A stretch of DNA of 63,765 nucleotides, filler included, from Phoronis australis (taxonomy: Eukaryota > Animalia > Phoronida), in assembly GCA_002633005.1 (NCBI GenBank). It is 4 parts of 4 records of this genome, joined end to end, with 100 filler letters (N's around TTAATTAATTAA, not from the genome) between each part and the next. Parts side by side here need not be neighbours in the genome. Positions count along the whole stretch, not along the records: positions 1 to 27,898 come from NMRA01001309.1; positions 27,999 to 54,994 come from NMRA01001322.1; 2 more parts are not named here. One strand, given 5' to 3'. The position numbers and the translations under genes were made by a program. Below the pieces are notes generated by a model. The model ran no database searches, was not told the DNA's origin, and saw only the letters and a program-made list of their open reading frames with translations. The first letter of the stretch is position 1, and every line of letters starts with the position of its first letter. This document shows positions 25,150 through 37,973 of the stretch, in pieces.

Positions 25150-27898
25150 AGTTTGACTCCATGATTTAAAAGTACACACTACACAAATTTTGGACAGCTT
25201 AAAATAGATCTATTCGTACAAATTACTTAATCAATATTTATTCTGGCAATAACCCAATATATTTTTTCAAACAAATTGTTTTGCATTTTTGCCGTTTCAA
25301 TCACAGGAAGCTAAGCAATCACGTTATTTTTCTGCTATGATTTTAATCGTGTTTTTCCATTGGGACACGATTTACGCATTTCATCCACGATTTTTACATT
25401 TCATCCACGATTTACAGATTTCAATCACATGTAGTTTTAACGGGCGGTAGCCCAATACCGGTCACCAAGCATGGCGTTTTCACCTGATCAATAATACATT
25501 TTACCGTTAAGACCATCACTTATAAGAGCGCTTACTATCTTCAGCGATCCCTTCTGTTCTATACATATGCACTATGAGTTTTGATCGAGCGTTGTAGTTA
25601 CCAAATCACGCCTAATTTCACCGTTTCACTTTCATTTTGTTATAATTATTGTTCATCAAACGAGACTCTTGAAGTACGGTTCTTTACAAACAGCGATTTC
25701 TCCGCAAAAGTAGTCCACAAACCCGGCAATTACACAGGTCATTCTTTATAAGCACCGACCTGTGGCTCTGGGTAGATGCCGAGAGTTTTCAACAAGACAT
25801 TTTTGGGTGCTAAAATCATGTTACTGCATTTTGCGGAAACAAGTGACATTTGGCCTAATTGAAAAGTTTAGGCCCTAGAAACAGGTGCGTTTACATAACT
25901 TTCAAAAAAATTACTCATAATTGCTTACTTAATAGTGTCACAGTGTGTGTGTGTGAGTGTGCGTGCGTGCATGCGTTATTACTGTTTTCAATTGTTTCTA
26001 TAATTATTCATTTGTGCAGTTGTTTACCTATTGCCCAGATGCCGTTTTTGTTAATTTGATTTCTAAGAAGTAGGCCTAGAGTTACCTGCAGTGTTTACCT
26101 ATACCCGTGAAATGAAATTTTAAAAAACGAAAAGTTTACCTTGTGAAAGTACTTCAAGTTGCTGTCAGCGTACAGTGCCAATTGCCCCGCTCTTGGCGGA
26201 CTACAACACTTCTTTATTTTTTACACCATCTCAACACATTCTAAATGTCCAGCTGTTTGACACACACAGGGACAACTTGACATATAACTTTATACTATTG
26301 TAATTTCCCAAGCGACAAAGCCATATTTTCCCGCCCGACTAAACAGAAGAAAGTGTGACGTTTCACGGGCTTTTCCAGCACCCACAATTTCCCGTTCAAC
26401 CATAACAAACAACAAAATTCACTGTTGAGCATTTTTCCGCTCGATAAAAAAACGCTGTCAATACGTAATTATGTGTTGCAGTGAACATTTCGCCCTTACG
26501 GTTTGGCTTCTAGCAAGACGTTTCACATTTTATCCTGAAGTACCACTTTTCAATCCGGTTGTTTCGTGACCTCCATGCAACAAGTGTTCAAAATAACACA
26601 GTCTCTTTTTATGAATATTATGAATATTGTTATTTTCCAAAGTCCATTACTTTTACTTTCTGAAGGAAATAGTTTATTTCTAAACTTTAATGGAAAGTCC
26701 TACACAGCCACCAATGTGATGAGTTATCTACAATACATTTTAAAGCTACGTGATAGATGTTTACCCACTTTTGATTTATCAAAAAACCGCTATCTGCAAA
26801 TTTCGGATACGTGGAGCAGTTTATCCCATTTTCGTATGTCACTGCATTCTGAATTTTTACTGAAGAATGAAATTGTATCAAACGGCACCAAAGGTGTAAA
26901 AATTGGGATGAATGCCTGACTAAATTACCCACGGTAAATGTGAGGGATCCATATTCTAAGACCTTTGTATATTTTCGCGTTATTTAGCCGAGCAACGCTG
27001 ACGCCTATGAAGCGCCAATGTTCATTGAATACAAGGAGTTTGTGGGCCAATGACGTGATTTGTGATTAAGCTCTGATAGCCCATTGTGATCGTATGCGTC
27101 TGTCCGGACTCTCAAACTTACTGTCTACCTTGTCACAAAATTCAGCATCTCAGTAAACGCGGCGGAAGTGACTTCCCAAAATAGCATTCGTGTGGCATCA
27201 GTAACTCAAGATAATGACATACAAGCAGAAAAAAGTGTTCAGTCATCGAATGATTTCTGTATGTCATTTAGCTTCCTAGGTGTTGACATCATTGTCATTA
27301 AATTTGTGAAAACAGACATGCCTAATTAATTGCACCGTGTTAAGAAAGGCTTTTTGGTAACCGATCCCAAATTCAACACCCGGTCAAGTTTCAAGCTAAG
27401 TGTTTTAGAATCTTCGGCATGTTTTGGAAGCGAAGTCCAAGTAATATGAATGTCTTGGTTATATTAAAGGTGCATTATGTCGTCTTCTGTCAGTTCAGCT
27501 TTCCATTTTTAGTTGTGTAATTGTTTGTTATCAACGTGCTAGACATCCTTAGCACAAGCGGAAAATATGACAGCTGTCAGTTTCATAGAATTTCCGCCAA
27601 ATCACCAATGTAGTGTTCACATATTACGTCTACAAAATTTTGCCCCCTCAGTCATCATGATATAAACACCCACCTTGCCCAGCCTCTAATTACGTCATCA
27701 CAATCAACCCGGTTTTTGGAAGAACCGACATTTCATTGGAGATCCCGACTTTATGATTCTAATGACAAACTAATGTGTCTCTATAATTGTCAATTCCATT
27801 TGCCGCAGTTGTATTCTGCAATGCCAAGTAGGCAGTTTCAACTATCAAATCGTAATGTGATGAAGATATTCTAATGAACCACAATGATGACGTTACCA

Positions 27899-27998
27899 NN
27901 NNNNNNNNNNNNNNNNNNNNNNNNNNNNNNNNNNNNNNNNNNTTAATTAATTAANNNNNNNNNNNNNNNNNNNNNNNNNNNNNNNNNNNNNNNNNNNN
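27899..27998. other. Scaffold gap with artificial TTAATTAATTAA linker (also 54995-55094 and 60839-60938); plain N gaps at 16034-16401 and 38928-39598
   Basis: Fixed 100-nt N44-TTAATTAATTAA-N44 pattern. Confidence 0.95.
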
Positions 27999-28573
27999 TT
28001 TAGTGATATCTTTCGATTGGCAAAGCTCAATTTGTGATCTAAGCAGGCGAAAGTAAAGGAAATAGTGACTTTAATCTAAACGTGAGGATACCCACCGTGT
28101 TATCATTTTGGTCTCTTGTTGAATTCATTCCTGTTCAAAGAACTGGTGCTCGTTCCACGATGTAAGCTCAAAATTTCTTTAAGCTGAATTCTAGATGTAG
28201 ACATTTTTCGTGAACTAGCGGTCACTGGGAAATTAGAATAGCTGACAACGGCCGTACCAAACACGCCCAATTTCATGTGGAACGAGCCACAGTATTCAGT
28301 GGTTTAACTGAGTTATTTGACCTAGGTTTCATTGAAAGTAGGTTGTAAGGAACGAAAACGGCCAACGACGAAGTCAGCTATGTTAAATAAGCGCTTTTTA
28401 TGAGATGTAGCAAAAGGTTTAATGTACCATAGGTCCTTACAACCACGCTTGTTCTTGACCGCGAGCTGCAACACAAAATATGGGGCACCTCATGAGACAC
28501 TTGGCGTCACCTCCATTAATATTAGGATGTCCAATCTCTGACTTTATTTATATGTGCTTCGGAGCTAGGAACC

Positions 28574-28800
28574 TGGGGCTCGTTCCAACAAAACTGATTT
28601 AGCTAAGATAAACCTTAAATTTTAGTAAATTTTTAAAATAAAACTTAAATTTGTCTCGAGACCGTTTCAAGAAAGAGATCTTAAGTTTGAATTAATTTTT
28701 TTATTAAAGTTTTTTCTTAATCTTAACTATTATAGCGAATGTGGAAGTTTCAAAGCGTGGACGTTAAAACAAATCTTAGACTTAAGTCAAAAATGTGCGG
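28574..28800 (+). repeat. Dispersed MITE-like repeat rich in CTTAAG (relatives at 51815-52045 and, more weakly, 33461-33625)
   Basis: The GGGG(CT/CC)CGTTCCAACAAAA(C/T)TGA(T/C)TTAGCTAAG start and colinear body are shared with 51817. Confidence 0.7.
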
Positions 28801-29104
28801 ACTAACGAACATTGACCAAATAACAATTTTAATTGATTATTTATCTTAAAACATAATAGAAAAGGGAAGTGTGCGTCTGTATAGTCCGAAAGGTCGACAG
28901 TCATCTTTTTTGGACTATTGCCTCTTTAAACTATCGACCTAGACCCGGTATGAGCAAAATGACCGTGTCTGTTCAGAGTGGCAAATGTTTTCTATTTCCC
29001 TAGTTAAGCCACCCATTTTTGGTATACACGTCACGGATGTTACCACCACTATTTCAGACAAGTTTGACATCATAGGATTATAATATTTCTGTCAGCTTGT
29101 AGCT

Positions 29105-30290
29105 CATAGGCGGATTTAGGTGGGGGGCAGGGGGCACCCCCCCCCCTTGTCTGCCGCAAACAAACATAAAACAGCGAGCCAAGAGAGTGAGAAAATATTG
29201 AGATCAATAATTAACCCCAGTAATTAACATACGGCTGAAATAATTTAACAATGTGTGCAGTTTTAGTTTGTGAGTGAGTGTAATTAACCCCGGTAATTAA
29301 CATACGACTGAAACAAGATTTAACAATGTGTGCAGGTTTAGTTTATGTGTGAGTGTGTGTGAGAGCGGGGGGGCTCAGACCCGATTTCAAGTGTTCGATT
29401 CAGACCACCGGCGCAAGCGTAACTCGGTACCATGTAATGGCGCTCCCGATAGGTATGTGCGTGACATCCCAGGCGACCGGCAGCTGGGCTGCACACTACC
29501 ACTCCGTTTCCGTTGTCTTCTCTACTGTGCAATGAAGAAAATTACTTCATTTTCTCAAAGAAAACGTAATCTGACTACCGATGAAGAAACAGAAGCTTCT
29601 GGTAAAATGTAAATTTTAATCGAAGTCTTGGTGAATCACTCAGAAACTCATAATTCTCTTTTTGTCAAACATTAAAATTAGGACGATTACCAAAGCAAAC
29701 GCGTGGTTAATGCCAACACGAAAAACGGATTTGGTATTTTTATCAACTGAAGACTATTTTAAACACTACAAATTTCACTACAAACTGGTTGCACAAAATG
29801 TAAAGCGTGTAATAGGCATTACGGAAAGAACCAGCCTCCCGTTCAGTAACGTAGGACCTTGATAACAAGCAAGAGATATTGCTGTGTAATTCAATTGCAT
29901 TCAGTAAGGCTAGGACCTACGCTAGGACCTAGCTAAAATCTAGTCAAAGTCACTTGTAACTTAAAATATACATGTACGGCAATGTCTCGCGTAATCTCGC
30001 GACGTCTTGCGTATTAGCGAGCTCCTAGAACTATTGAACGGGAAACAGGTTCGCGCGCAAACGCTGTGGACCATAAACAAGTAGTTTTTTAGAATATCAT
30101 TATAGGATCTGTTTCTTTTTTTTTGATAATATACACTTCAGAAGTCAAGAAAAATGCTTGTTTTTAGAGGCAAAAACAAACAATTTTTTCTCCTGGGCCG
30201 GAGGGGTAAACCCCTCCTCCCGACCTCCCCCCCATTTGGTTCCGACAAGATAAAATTTTGCCCCCTTATGATATCCTAGATCCGCCACTG
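29105..30290 (+). mobile_element. Longer copy of the CATAGGCGGAT...ATCCGCCACTG element, with a nested MITE at ~29832-30048
   Basis: Same termini and colinear body as 10555-11338. The nested GCTAGGACCTACGCTAGGACCTAGCTAAAA family recurs at 47491-47648 and, more weakly, at ~30900-31030 and ~61225-61355. Confidence 0.75.
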
Positions 30291-31543
30291 CAGTTGTTCA
30301 AAACGCACGCGTTACTATGTCCTCACTTTTTTAAACTATTAGTTCTCTCTTCTCAAAGGCGATCTTTTGCTCTTGCACTGGTCAAATCTGTCAACCTCCC
30401 CGTAAAAAAATGCGTGTTTTTATTTCCTTCCATCACAATGTCTTTAAGAAATTGTCATTCGTGACTAAGGTGGTAAACAGAACCCGCCGGTATTAGAAAC
30501 TTTGACCTTGACCCTTTTGCATAAGCCAAGGCTCCAATGCAATAGAAGACTGGCATAAAATGCAACATTGGTAGATTTCTCGCGTGTGCATTCGACGTAA
30601 ATTGTAACAATTACATAAAATGTTGCAACTTGTTACATTTCAGGAGAGGCCAAACAACGTAAAATGTAACAATGACGTATAAATGTAGTAGTTGCTACAT
30701 TTTACGAAATTATTACATTTTACAGCGTATCAGAGCACTGATTTTTCTACCGTGTGTCATTTATACCCACGTGATACATGTTCTACAGGAGCACTTCAAT
30801 ATTTCTGTTTGGAATAATCCAGATCGATACAGTAGGGTGCCTTGAATATTTAAACTTGGTTTTACTTAACCCAACCCTTGGTCTAACAAAACCAAGGTAG
30901 AGTTCAGTAGTCAGCTCGCATCTAAAAAAATCTATCCAAAATCACACGTTCTCATTTAAAGTATGCGGCAATGTTTCACGTTATCTCACAAGGTATTGCT
31001 TTTTGACGAGTTCCTAGCATTACCGAACCCACGCTCTTAAAATTTTAAACCACGGTAGTGAAACGCAAGCTAAGTCTAAAATTGGACCCTGTTAAGCCCA
31101 TTAAGGAAGACCAGGTTAAAGTTTGAAACCATATTTTGTTAAACCACCATTATGAAATCGGCTGCTATATGCCTATCGAATAATCTGTACCTGGACGCGG
31201 ATTTGTCATAGGCAAAAACGAAAATGTGTAATAGTTTCTTTTAGTTGAACCCCTGCAGCATGTAGGCCTAGTCCAATCTACAGCAACTTCTCTACTGAGC
31301 TACGACTGTACATTGAATCTAGGTAAACACATTACCTTCAAGTAGGTCAACCTCCTGAAATTTCTAAAAGTAACCTCCTCCCGATTTTGATAATAATCAT
31401 ACAGTAATTCTTCTTGTCTAATGGTCGTTCTCCGTGACATGGACATGTTCAGTATAAAAGTGCTCATGATTTGAAAATTTTGGAAAAATGTCAGGTGGAC
31501 GCCCTTCTACTAGCTCACGTAATAAATAGGAAATGACACTTAC

Positions 31544-31655
31544 TAGAGGAAGGTGCTGGTGCCCCGCTGTGCACGCTTCCACCGGCTCCTGACGAGCTAC
31601 ATGTCGGTGGTGTGTAACCAGAGTCGCAATAGCAGTCTCCTGCGTTGTCACAAAC
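31544..31655 (-). CDS. ADAM-like gene exon: EGF-like domain
   Basis: ctcag|VCDNAGDCYCDSGYTPPTCSSSGAGGSVHSGAPAPSS|gtaagt matches the ADAM pattern VCNN.G.CHC..GW.PP.C...G.GGS.DSG. Phase 0-1. Confidence 0.9.
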
Positions 31656-32714
31656 CTGAGACAGACAGCAACTGCAGAATTACCAGCATTGAACACCATC
31701 TTGTTCCTACAAGACTTAGTTATTCACGGGAGATTAGCATAAAATCGCTATGGACGAGAAGATCAAGCAACTTGAAAACATTTTGTATTGGGTGAGGCAA
31801 GTATGAAGAGAACATACTTTTTATCTTTTCATAAGAAATTATTACAGAACAGAAAAGGATTTGAACTTATCATGTGTTGTATGAACAATCGTTGACGAAT
31901 GATATGAGCGTCTCTTCACCAACCGTACACGTGTTAAGACATCACACAGCAGTTGGAATGAAATATAACGCCAGCATTTGCTTAGTAAACAACTGGAGAT
32001 ACACTTCAAACAAAATTGCCGTTATCGACAACACTTGGACGGCCACTAAAAAACAGTGCAGGTGGCCTGATGTCATTTGTGGTGCATCAGACGTGCCTCA
32101 TGGTTGGGCCTATTGCACAAAACACCTGAGGTACAGCACGAGAGCCCCATTATGGTTCTTCGGGAAGGAACTTTTCAACTCTGCCAGTCTCCTTTAAGAA
32201 AACAGACAGACGTTTCCATTTGTTGCCATGTATTATATGTTGTAGGCATGTAACGGTGACATCCAGTAGGTAGGTCCTTAGACTATAAAATTTGGGCAAG
32301 ACTCTACCAGATATTGAGGGGACACACTAGGCACCCCACATGCTCAGTAATGTGTCTGTGTCGCAGTGCCCTTTAAAATTTGAATGACGTATATAAGCCT
32401 AATCTATCTACACTCATTTTTTTTAATCTTTTGGTGGATCACGTTGGGAAAATTCTCCTTGGTCTATCTGCAGGGGTTACGTGATGGCCATTGGACTATT
32501 GACTGGATGTATATATTCATTCTGCAGCACCCGTAAGGTGCAACAGTTTTGCCGTCGACAATGACACATACAGCCACATTAAAATCATACTGGACATCGT
32601 CAAAATTCAATAAGGTTTGGTGCGCCAAAGCGCAACTAAACATCCTTTTCTTTTTGACTATAATCCGTGTCAATACTGGGTTAATGAAACAAAACATCCA
32701 ATAAACGCACTTAC

Positions 32715-32780
32715 ACCATGGGAGGAGCAAAGGCAGGTGTCTGGTCTTGAAATATCTTGGCATTTTTGATCCACACACAT
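32715..32780 (-). CDS. ADAM-like gene exon: end of cysteine-rich domain / start of EGF (module 2)
   Basis: cgcag|MCVDQKCQDISRPDTCLCSSHG|gtaagt, 66 nt, phase 0-0. Confidence 0.85.
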
Positions 32781-33036
32781 CTGCGGAACACATATCATTA
32801 CAACATGTCATACGAGCGTCTCACCAATACTTCTCGGATTCAAAAATTGTTTTATACATACAAACATGAATCTCTTGTCAAAAGGAATGACGTCTGTTTT
32901 TATTCAATCGCAGTAAATGTATTTTGCAAGCTTGCTGAGATTAGAAGTGATTTCTGGGTTTGAAAGAACGGACAATTCTCTATTCACCACTTGCACGCAT
33001 TCGGCAAAACGAGGCCACCTGTCCCACTTCGCAAAC

Positions 33037-35335
33037 ATGGTTCATTGCTGTGTGCCGCTGTGCAGTAACTCGTCGAAGAAAAAATCGTCATTTTCCTTCC
33101 ACAAGTTCCCGAGTGACCAGACAGTTCACAACAAGTGGATAGTTAATATCCGTAGAGATCCAGGAAAACACATTAACGTAAGTTTACAGACAATTGCCTT
33201 TGAAATAAGCCGATTGAAAGCCTTGAAAGCCGGTGTCCTGTCATGTCCACTTCTCCGGTTTCTACACGTCGTAAGGTCGATTGTAAATAGGCTACTCGAA
33301 AAAAGACTTATTTTTGCCAAATTGTTAAACGCTTTCGTGTTTTTAACAATGTAACATTTGTCTAAGACGCATTCTTTTGATCTTACCGAATATTTATGCG
33401 ATTAATCCCATCGTTAGCCTGACTGACTGTACTCACTGAATTGGTACGTCAGGTACGGGTCCTCTTACAAAAATGAACTTAAGTTTTCATCGAAGAACTT
33501 AAATTTTTGGTCTGAAAAACTTAACTTTTCATTCATGAAAACTTAAGTTTTTGGCGAAAACTTAAGTATTTTGGAACAAGTTTTTTGGAACGAACTTAAG
33601 TTTTCAAAAACTTAAGTTCTGAAAACGGCGGCTTACTCGGTGTACGATGTCTAGTTTTTATTTATGGTTTCAGGTAGGAGTAGATTATTTTGTTGTCGTA
33701 CCAGTGCGCAGAACACCAGTATGCAAAATATGCTATGTTCGTTTCAAACCATGTCTGCAAAATCGGGGTGCTGGACAACAGTCCTCCCCCACCCAGCCAG
33801 CTAGGCATATCTTGTGGTCATGTACAAAACTATGCAACACAATAGCCCCTGTATCGTAATTGGTCTACTATCAGAAGGAGAAATTGCTTTGCTTAGGAAA
33901 ATTACTTCTCTACGTGTGTGTGATTATTACTTTTTTATCCATTCAGTTAACACCAAACACATGTGTGTGCTCAGCTCACTTCACGGAAGATGACTACATC
34001 TTCAAGGCGACCATCATGAAGAAGATCTTAAAGGATGGTGTGGTTCCAACCATTTTCAACTGGAGCAAAACAGGCGTTGTCAGAAAGCAAAGGTCACCAA
34101 AAAAGAGATCTTTTGTTGATACTCTGAGGTATGTTATATTCAGGAATTAAATTACATAATAAGCGTATTTTGGTGGGGGTGGGGCTGTAACCATTGTACT
34201 CGATCAATACATTAGTGTCAATTTTTATACTCTTACTATTACGACTTAAAAGAGTGTTGCCAGACATAGCTCCGGTAAAAACTATTTTCTAATCTATCTG
34301 ACACTGTCACTGTAACGATAGGCTGGACAGTATTTAAAGCACGTCCTCTGAGCTACTAATTGTGCTCTTTTTATAATCTTAAAGGAGCATTAGGCTGAAC
34401 CCAGTTTCGCCTATTGTCAGTTATTGAGTGTCATTAATGCTTTATGTGGGATAATCAGCATATGCCGATCAACAACCACCAAATCAATGGCTACCTGACT
34501 TGAAGCGTTGTTCAGCACTTATGTCCTTTTAGAAATATTTTTCGATTCCTGTTGTTTCTACTTCAGAATCTCAACTTTGCGACAAGATGAATCGGATGTG
34601 GTGGACGTGGCAGAACCTGTGTTAGATAGACCCGCTGCAGAGTCTAGTGAAGTACTGTGTCCCCCTGTTTGTTACGACCACGAGTATTGTGTCTACCCCC
34701 CGATGACTGAGACAAGAAACTGGCAGCGGCGATAACTGAGATAAATAGACTGCAACTAGAGAATGACAAACTGCTGGAAAATTCACATTTATACTCAACC
34801 ATCGCCAAAGGTAACAGTACAGTGCTATACTACACGGGATTCCGTACATATGCTCTCCTTATGTCCTTCTTCCAATGCATTGTGCCTAGTACAGCTGAGA
34901 ACATGGTTACATACTCACAGAGACGGCGACTGTTGACAGGAGAGTGTAAAAGCACTCGTTTGTCATTTTCTTATTCGAAGATTTCATTGACTGACCAGTT
35001 TTTGTTAACATTATGTCGTCTAAGAGTTGGTACTAAAGAGCGAGAACTAGCAGACATACAAAAAATTCACGAATCGACTATATGCAGAATTGTTATTACT
35101 TGGGTGAATTACTGTGTTTTAGGCTCGGTTAATATTTGGCCAAGTAGGAAAAAGTTAAGAAACACATGCCTGCTGCGTTCTTGGATAAATATCCAAACAC
35201 ACGAGTGATTTTGAACTGTACAGAAATGTGGATCCAAAAACCGTCAAGCTTGGTGTCAAATTCTGAATTTTATTAGCACTACAAAGGCAGAACCACACTA
35301 AAAGCTTTAGTTGGTGTGGCCACTGTGAAGCCATG
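33037..35335 (+). pseudogene. THAP + HTH + DDE (Harbinger/ISL2-type) transposase; exons 33037-33177, 33947-34128, 34567-~35335; decayed and 3'-truncated
   Basis: MVHCCVPLCSN...FHKFP...W...IRRD | LTPNTCVCSAHF...DGVVPTIF forms a complete C2CH THAP. It is followed by DHEYC, YTGF, LTDQFLLTLCRLR, IWPSR and RVILNCTEMWIQKP...YKGRTTLKALVG. GT-AG phases are compatible. There are frameshifts and stops, and the first catalytic D appears as N. Confidence 0.85.
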
Positions 35336-35703
35336 TTTAAAAGATCATGTTGTACCACGATTTTAGATCGGACGAGTAATAAGGAAAAACTTTTAGTTTG
35401 CTGTCGTATGATACATAGGCCTACTGTTTTGGCTGGCCATAAGACTGTTAAAAATTAACGCTGTGACTCTAATAAGTACCTCCCTCTAGCAGACCCCGGG
35501 TCTGGAGCACGTATGAAAAAATAAATGCCCCGGTGTTGATTACAAGCCTTACGGTATATATGTAAATAGACTTTAGACTATCAAAAGGTTTTACAAAAGT
35601 ATCTGAATAGAATCTACATAGAAAGTGTTTTAAACAATAGAATTTTAAAAACCACAAATGCTATTTTATTGTTTTTATACAGTCCAGTGTATTTAACAGT
35701 ACT

Positions 35704-37973
35704 TCAACTCTTGCAAGCTTTAGCCACCAACAGCTCCTTCAGGAAGTGGTTGTAAAAACTGTCTAGCTTAAGTTTCATTCCATTGAAAAAGTCATTGCCA
35801 AAATAGATCTGATCACAATGGAATTCATCTTGACACATAACATAAAAGTCACACCATGCAGCCCCTGATATGCCCAGCTGGCCCATCATTTGACCAAAAT
35901 ACATGTGCGTTTTTCTTAAACTGTAACCATCGTCATTTTGGCGCAAGTACGCCAATTCAGCCAAAGTATTTTTCGTGCTGCATTTCACTTCCAGCAGACC
36001 CCAAGACGGTGTCTCGTCGGGATCAAAGACAAGTCTGTAAGGGCTGCAACCTAGATGGGGAGCTGTGATATTTATGATGAATCCTAGTGGATGGACATCC
36101 ACCGTGAACTGGCATACCTCTCTACAGCAACACCTTCATTTTCAATGCCAAATGCCATGGCTGCTGATACGATACGTTTCTTAGATATCCTGTCTTTTGC
36201 TAACTGGTCATAATTTTCTCTGCGCGAACACACACTTTTAAATTTGGATGCAGTAATGCGGCACTCTCGAAGTTTGTGCCACTCTAGACAACTGGACTGT
36301 GACCGAGTGTCCTCTTCGTATTGTTGGCTTTCCTCTATGGTAACAGCAAGAGTCTTGAGGATAACTGCTGACTCATGATTCACTTCAAATTGATTGCCAG
36401 TGATGTCAGGTAGGTGAAAAACTGGTGGGGTTGGAGGTCCAACAAATACCGAAGACGGCACATGTTTCTCTTGATACGAAAGTACAGACCCCTTTGGTAC
36501 CACTCCGAATGACGACTCAGCTAACTGTTCGTTTTCTTCATCATCTGACCATATCTGAGGCCACTGAACAGGTGGATTGTGAGATTTCAGAGTTGGCATC
36601 AGCTTTCCTTTTAGGTTGATAGTGTACAAAGGTACAGTGACAGGGTTGTACACCTGTAATGTGATGCCATCGGTGTGGGGCTTTCTTGACTGCGAGGGGA
36701 GCTTCGGTTTCACTACACGCACACTTGTTGTGGGCTTGGGAGCAATCCCATGGGTCCTTGGGGGAACATGCCACTTTTGTGGTTGTGATGTTGACCTCAC
36801 TAGCTCAGGGACCTTCTTTAAACGCAAACTCTGATAGTGAGACACTTGGTATAAAAGGGCTATAGCGTGAGAGCACAGTCGTTTGCCAGCAGTGCAGGTG
36901 AAGATGTGTGTCATTAATGACACTGCACCAGAACCATCCAGAGTAATCTGAAATAATACAACATAAATCATGTTGACATCAGGAAGTCACGCTGATAAAT
37001 TTCAGATCCCATTCTAACCTGGGATTAGTGATCTGCTGTAATGATTTTTTAGGAAAATTAAAAATTTCCATGGGAGTCGACTCGATAGTAAGAGGGGCAC
37101 CATAATTTCATGTTTTACTAGCAGTCCTTGAAAAAGGTCACTAATTCAACTAATAAAAAATAACTGGCAAGAGTTCAGAATGTTTGAATTTAAGATCACG
37201 GATCTTATTAATAAAAAATTACTGAACTAAGGCAAAAATATTAGTTGCACTTAATCATATCACGATATCATAATACATAAATATATTATAAACGAGATAT
37301 GTTTATTTTTATATACTTTCACTATTTATACTATGGTTGTGACCCACAGATATTTAGCCATCCTTGTGGGCCCGCGCAATCAGCATAGCTTCAGCATAAT
37401 TCATTCTAAAATAAAAGTAAAAAGTTGACCAAGTAGACACTAATGCACACTATCTCCCAAAATACCTCAATTATATGCGGGTTTTCAGACTTCTTCATCC
37501 TCCTGTAGCACTTGCAGCGCACTTCACAATTTTCTCGTTGACTTGACATGACTGTAAAAACAACACAGCAATACATTTTACGGTTGCTGATCGGCTGACT
37601 GACCCCCAGCAACGCAAATGCCTACGACATGTGCCTAGAACAGTCACCTTGCTAAGAATAAAATTATATGAAATCAACACAAACTTCTCATCATGTAATG
37701 TTTTGAACACGTAACGTGAGTTTTTATGGTTCAGTTCCGTATTAAAGCCAATGCGACCGGCAACTGCCCGGCTGAAGCGTGTAACGAGCCTAATTTTGAA
37801 TAATATTTACCTTCGATTTCGTGGAAGTAAGAATCCCAAAAGAACCTGTAAACTTTTTGAATTCCACTTTTGGGAGTTTGCGAAAAGGTGGACACCATTC
37901 TGTCGATATCCTCGTGTTTAATCGTCGGCACATTGGTGAGCAATTTACCCCATACACACTCGTCAGACGCCAT
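35704..37973 (-). pseudogene. SWIM zinc finger + YqaJ (lambda-type) exonuclease; exons 37973-37811, 37551-37466, 36947-35704 (one frameshift at ~36110)
   Basis: SWIM-like CTAGKRLCSHAIALL, STSQPQKWHVPPR, and YqaJ motifs TRSQS...WHKLRECRITASKF, AAMAFGIENE, HLGCSPYRLV, LLEVKC and YFGQMMGQLGISG..WCDF. Confidence 0.85.

Noticed and set aside
27943-27954. TTAATTAATTAA palindrome recurring within N runs
   Set aside because: Assembly linker with six-frame stops, not biological.
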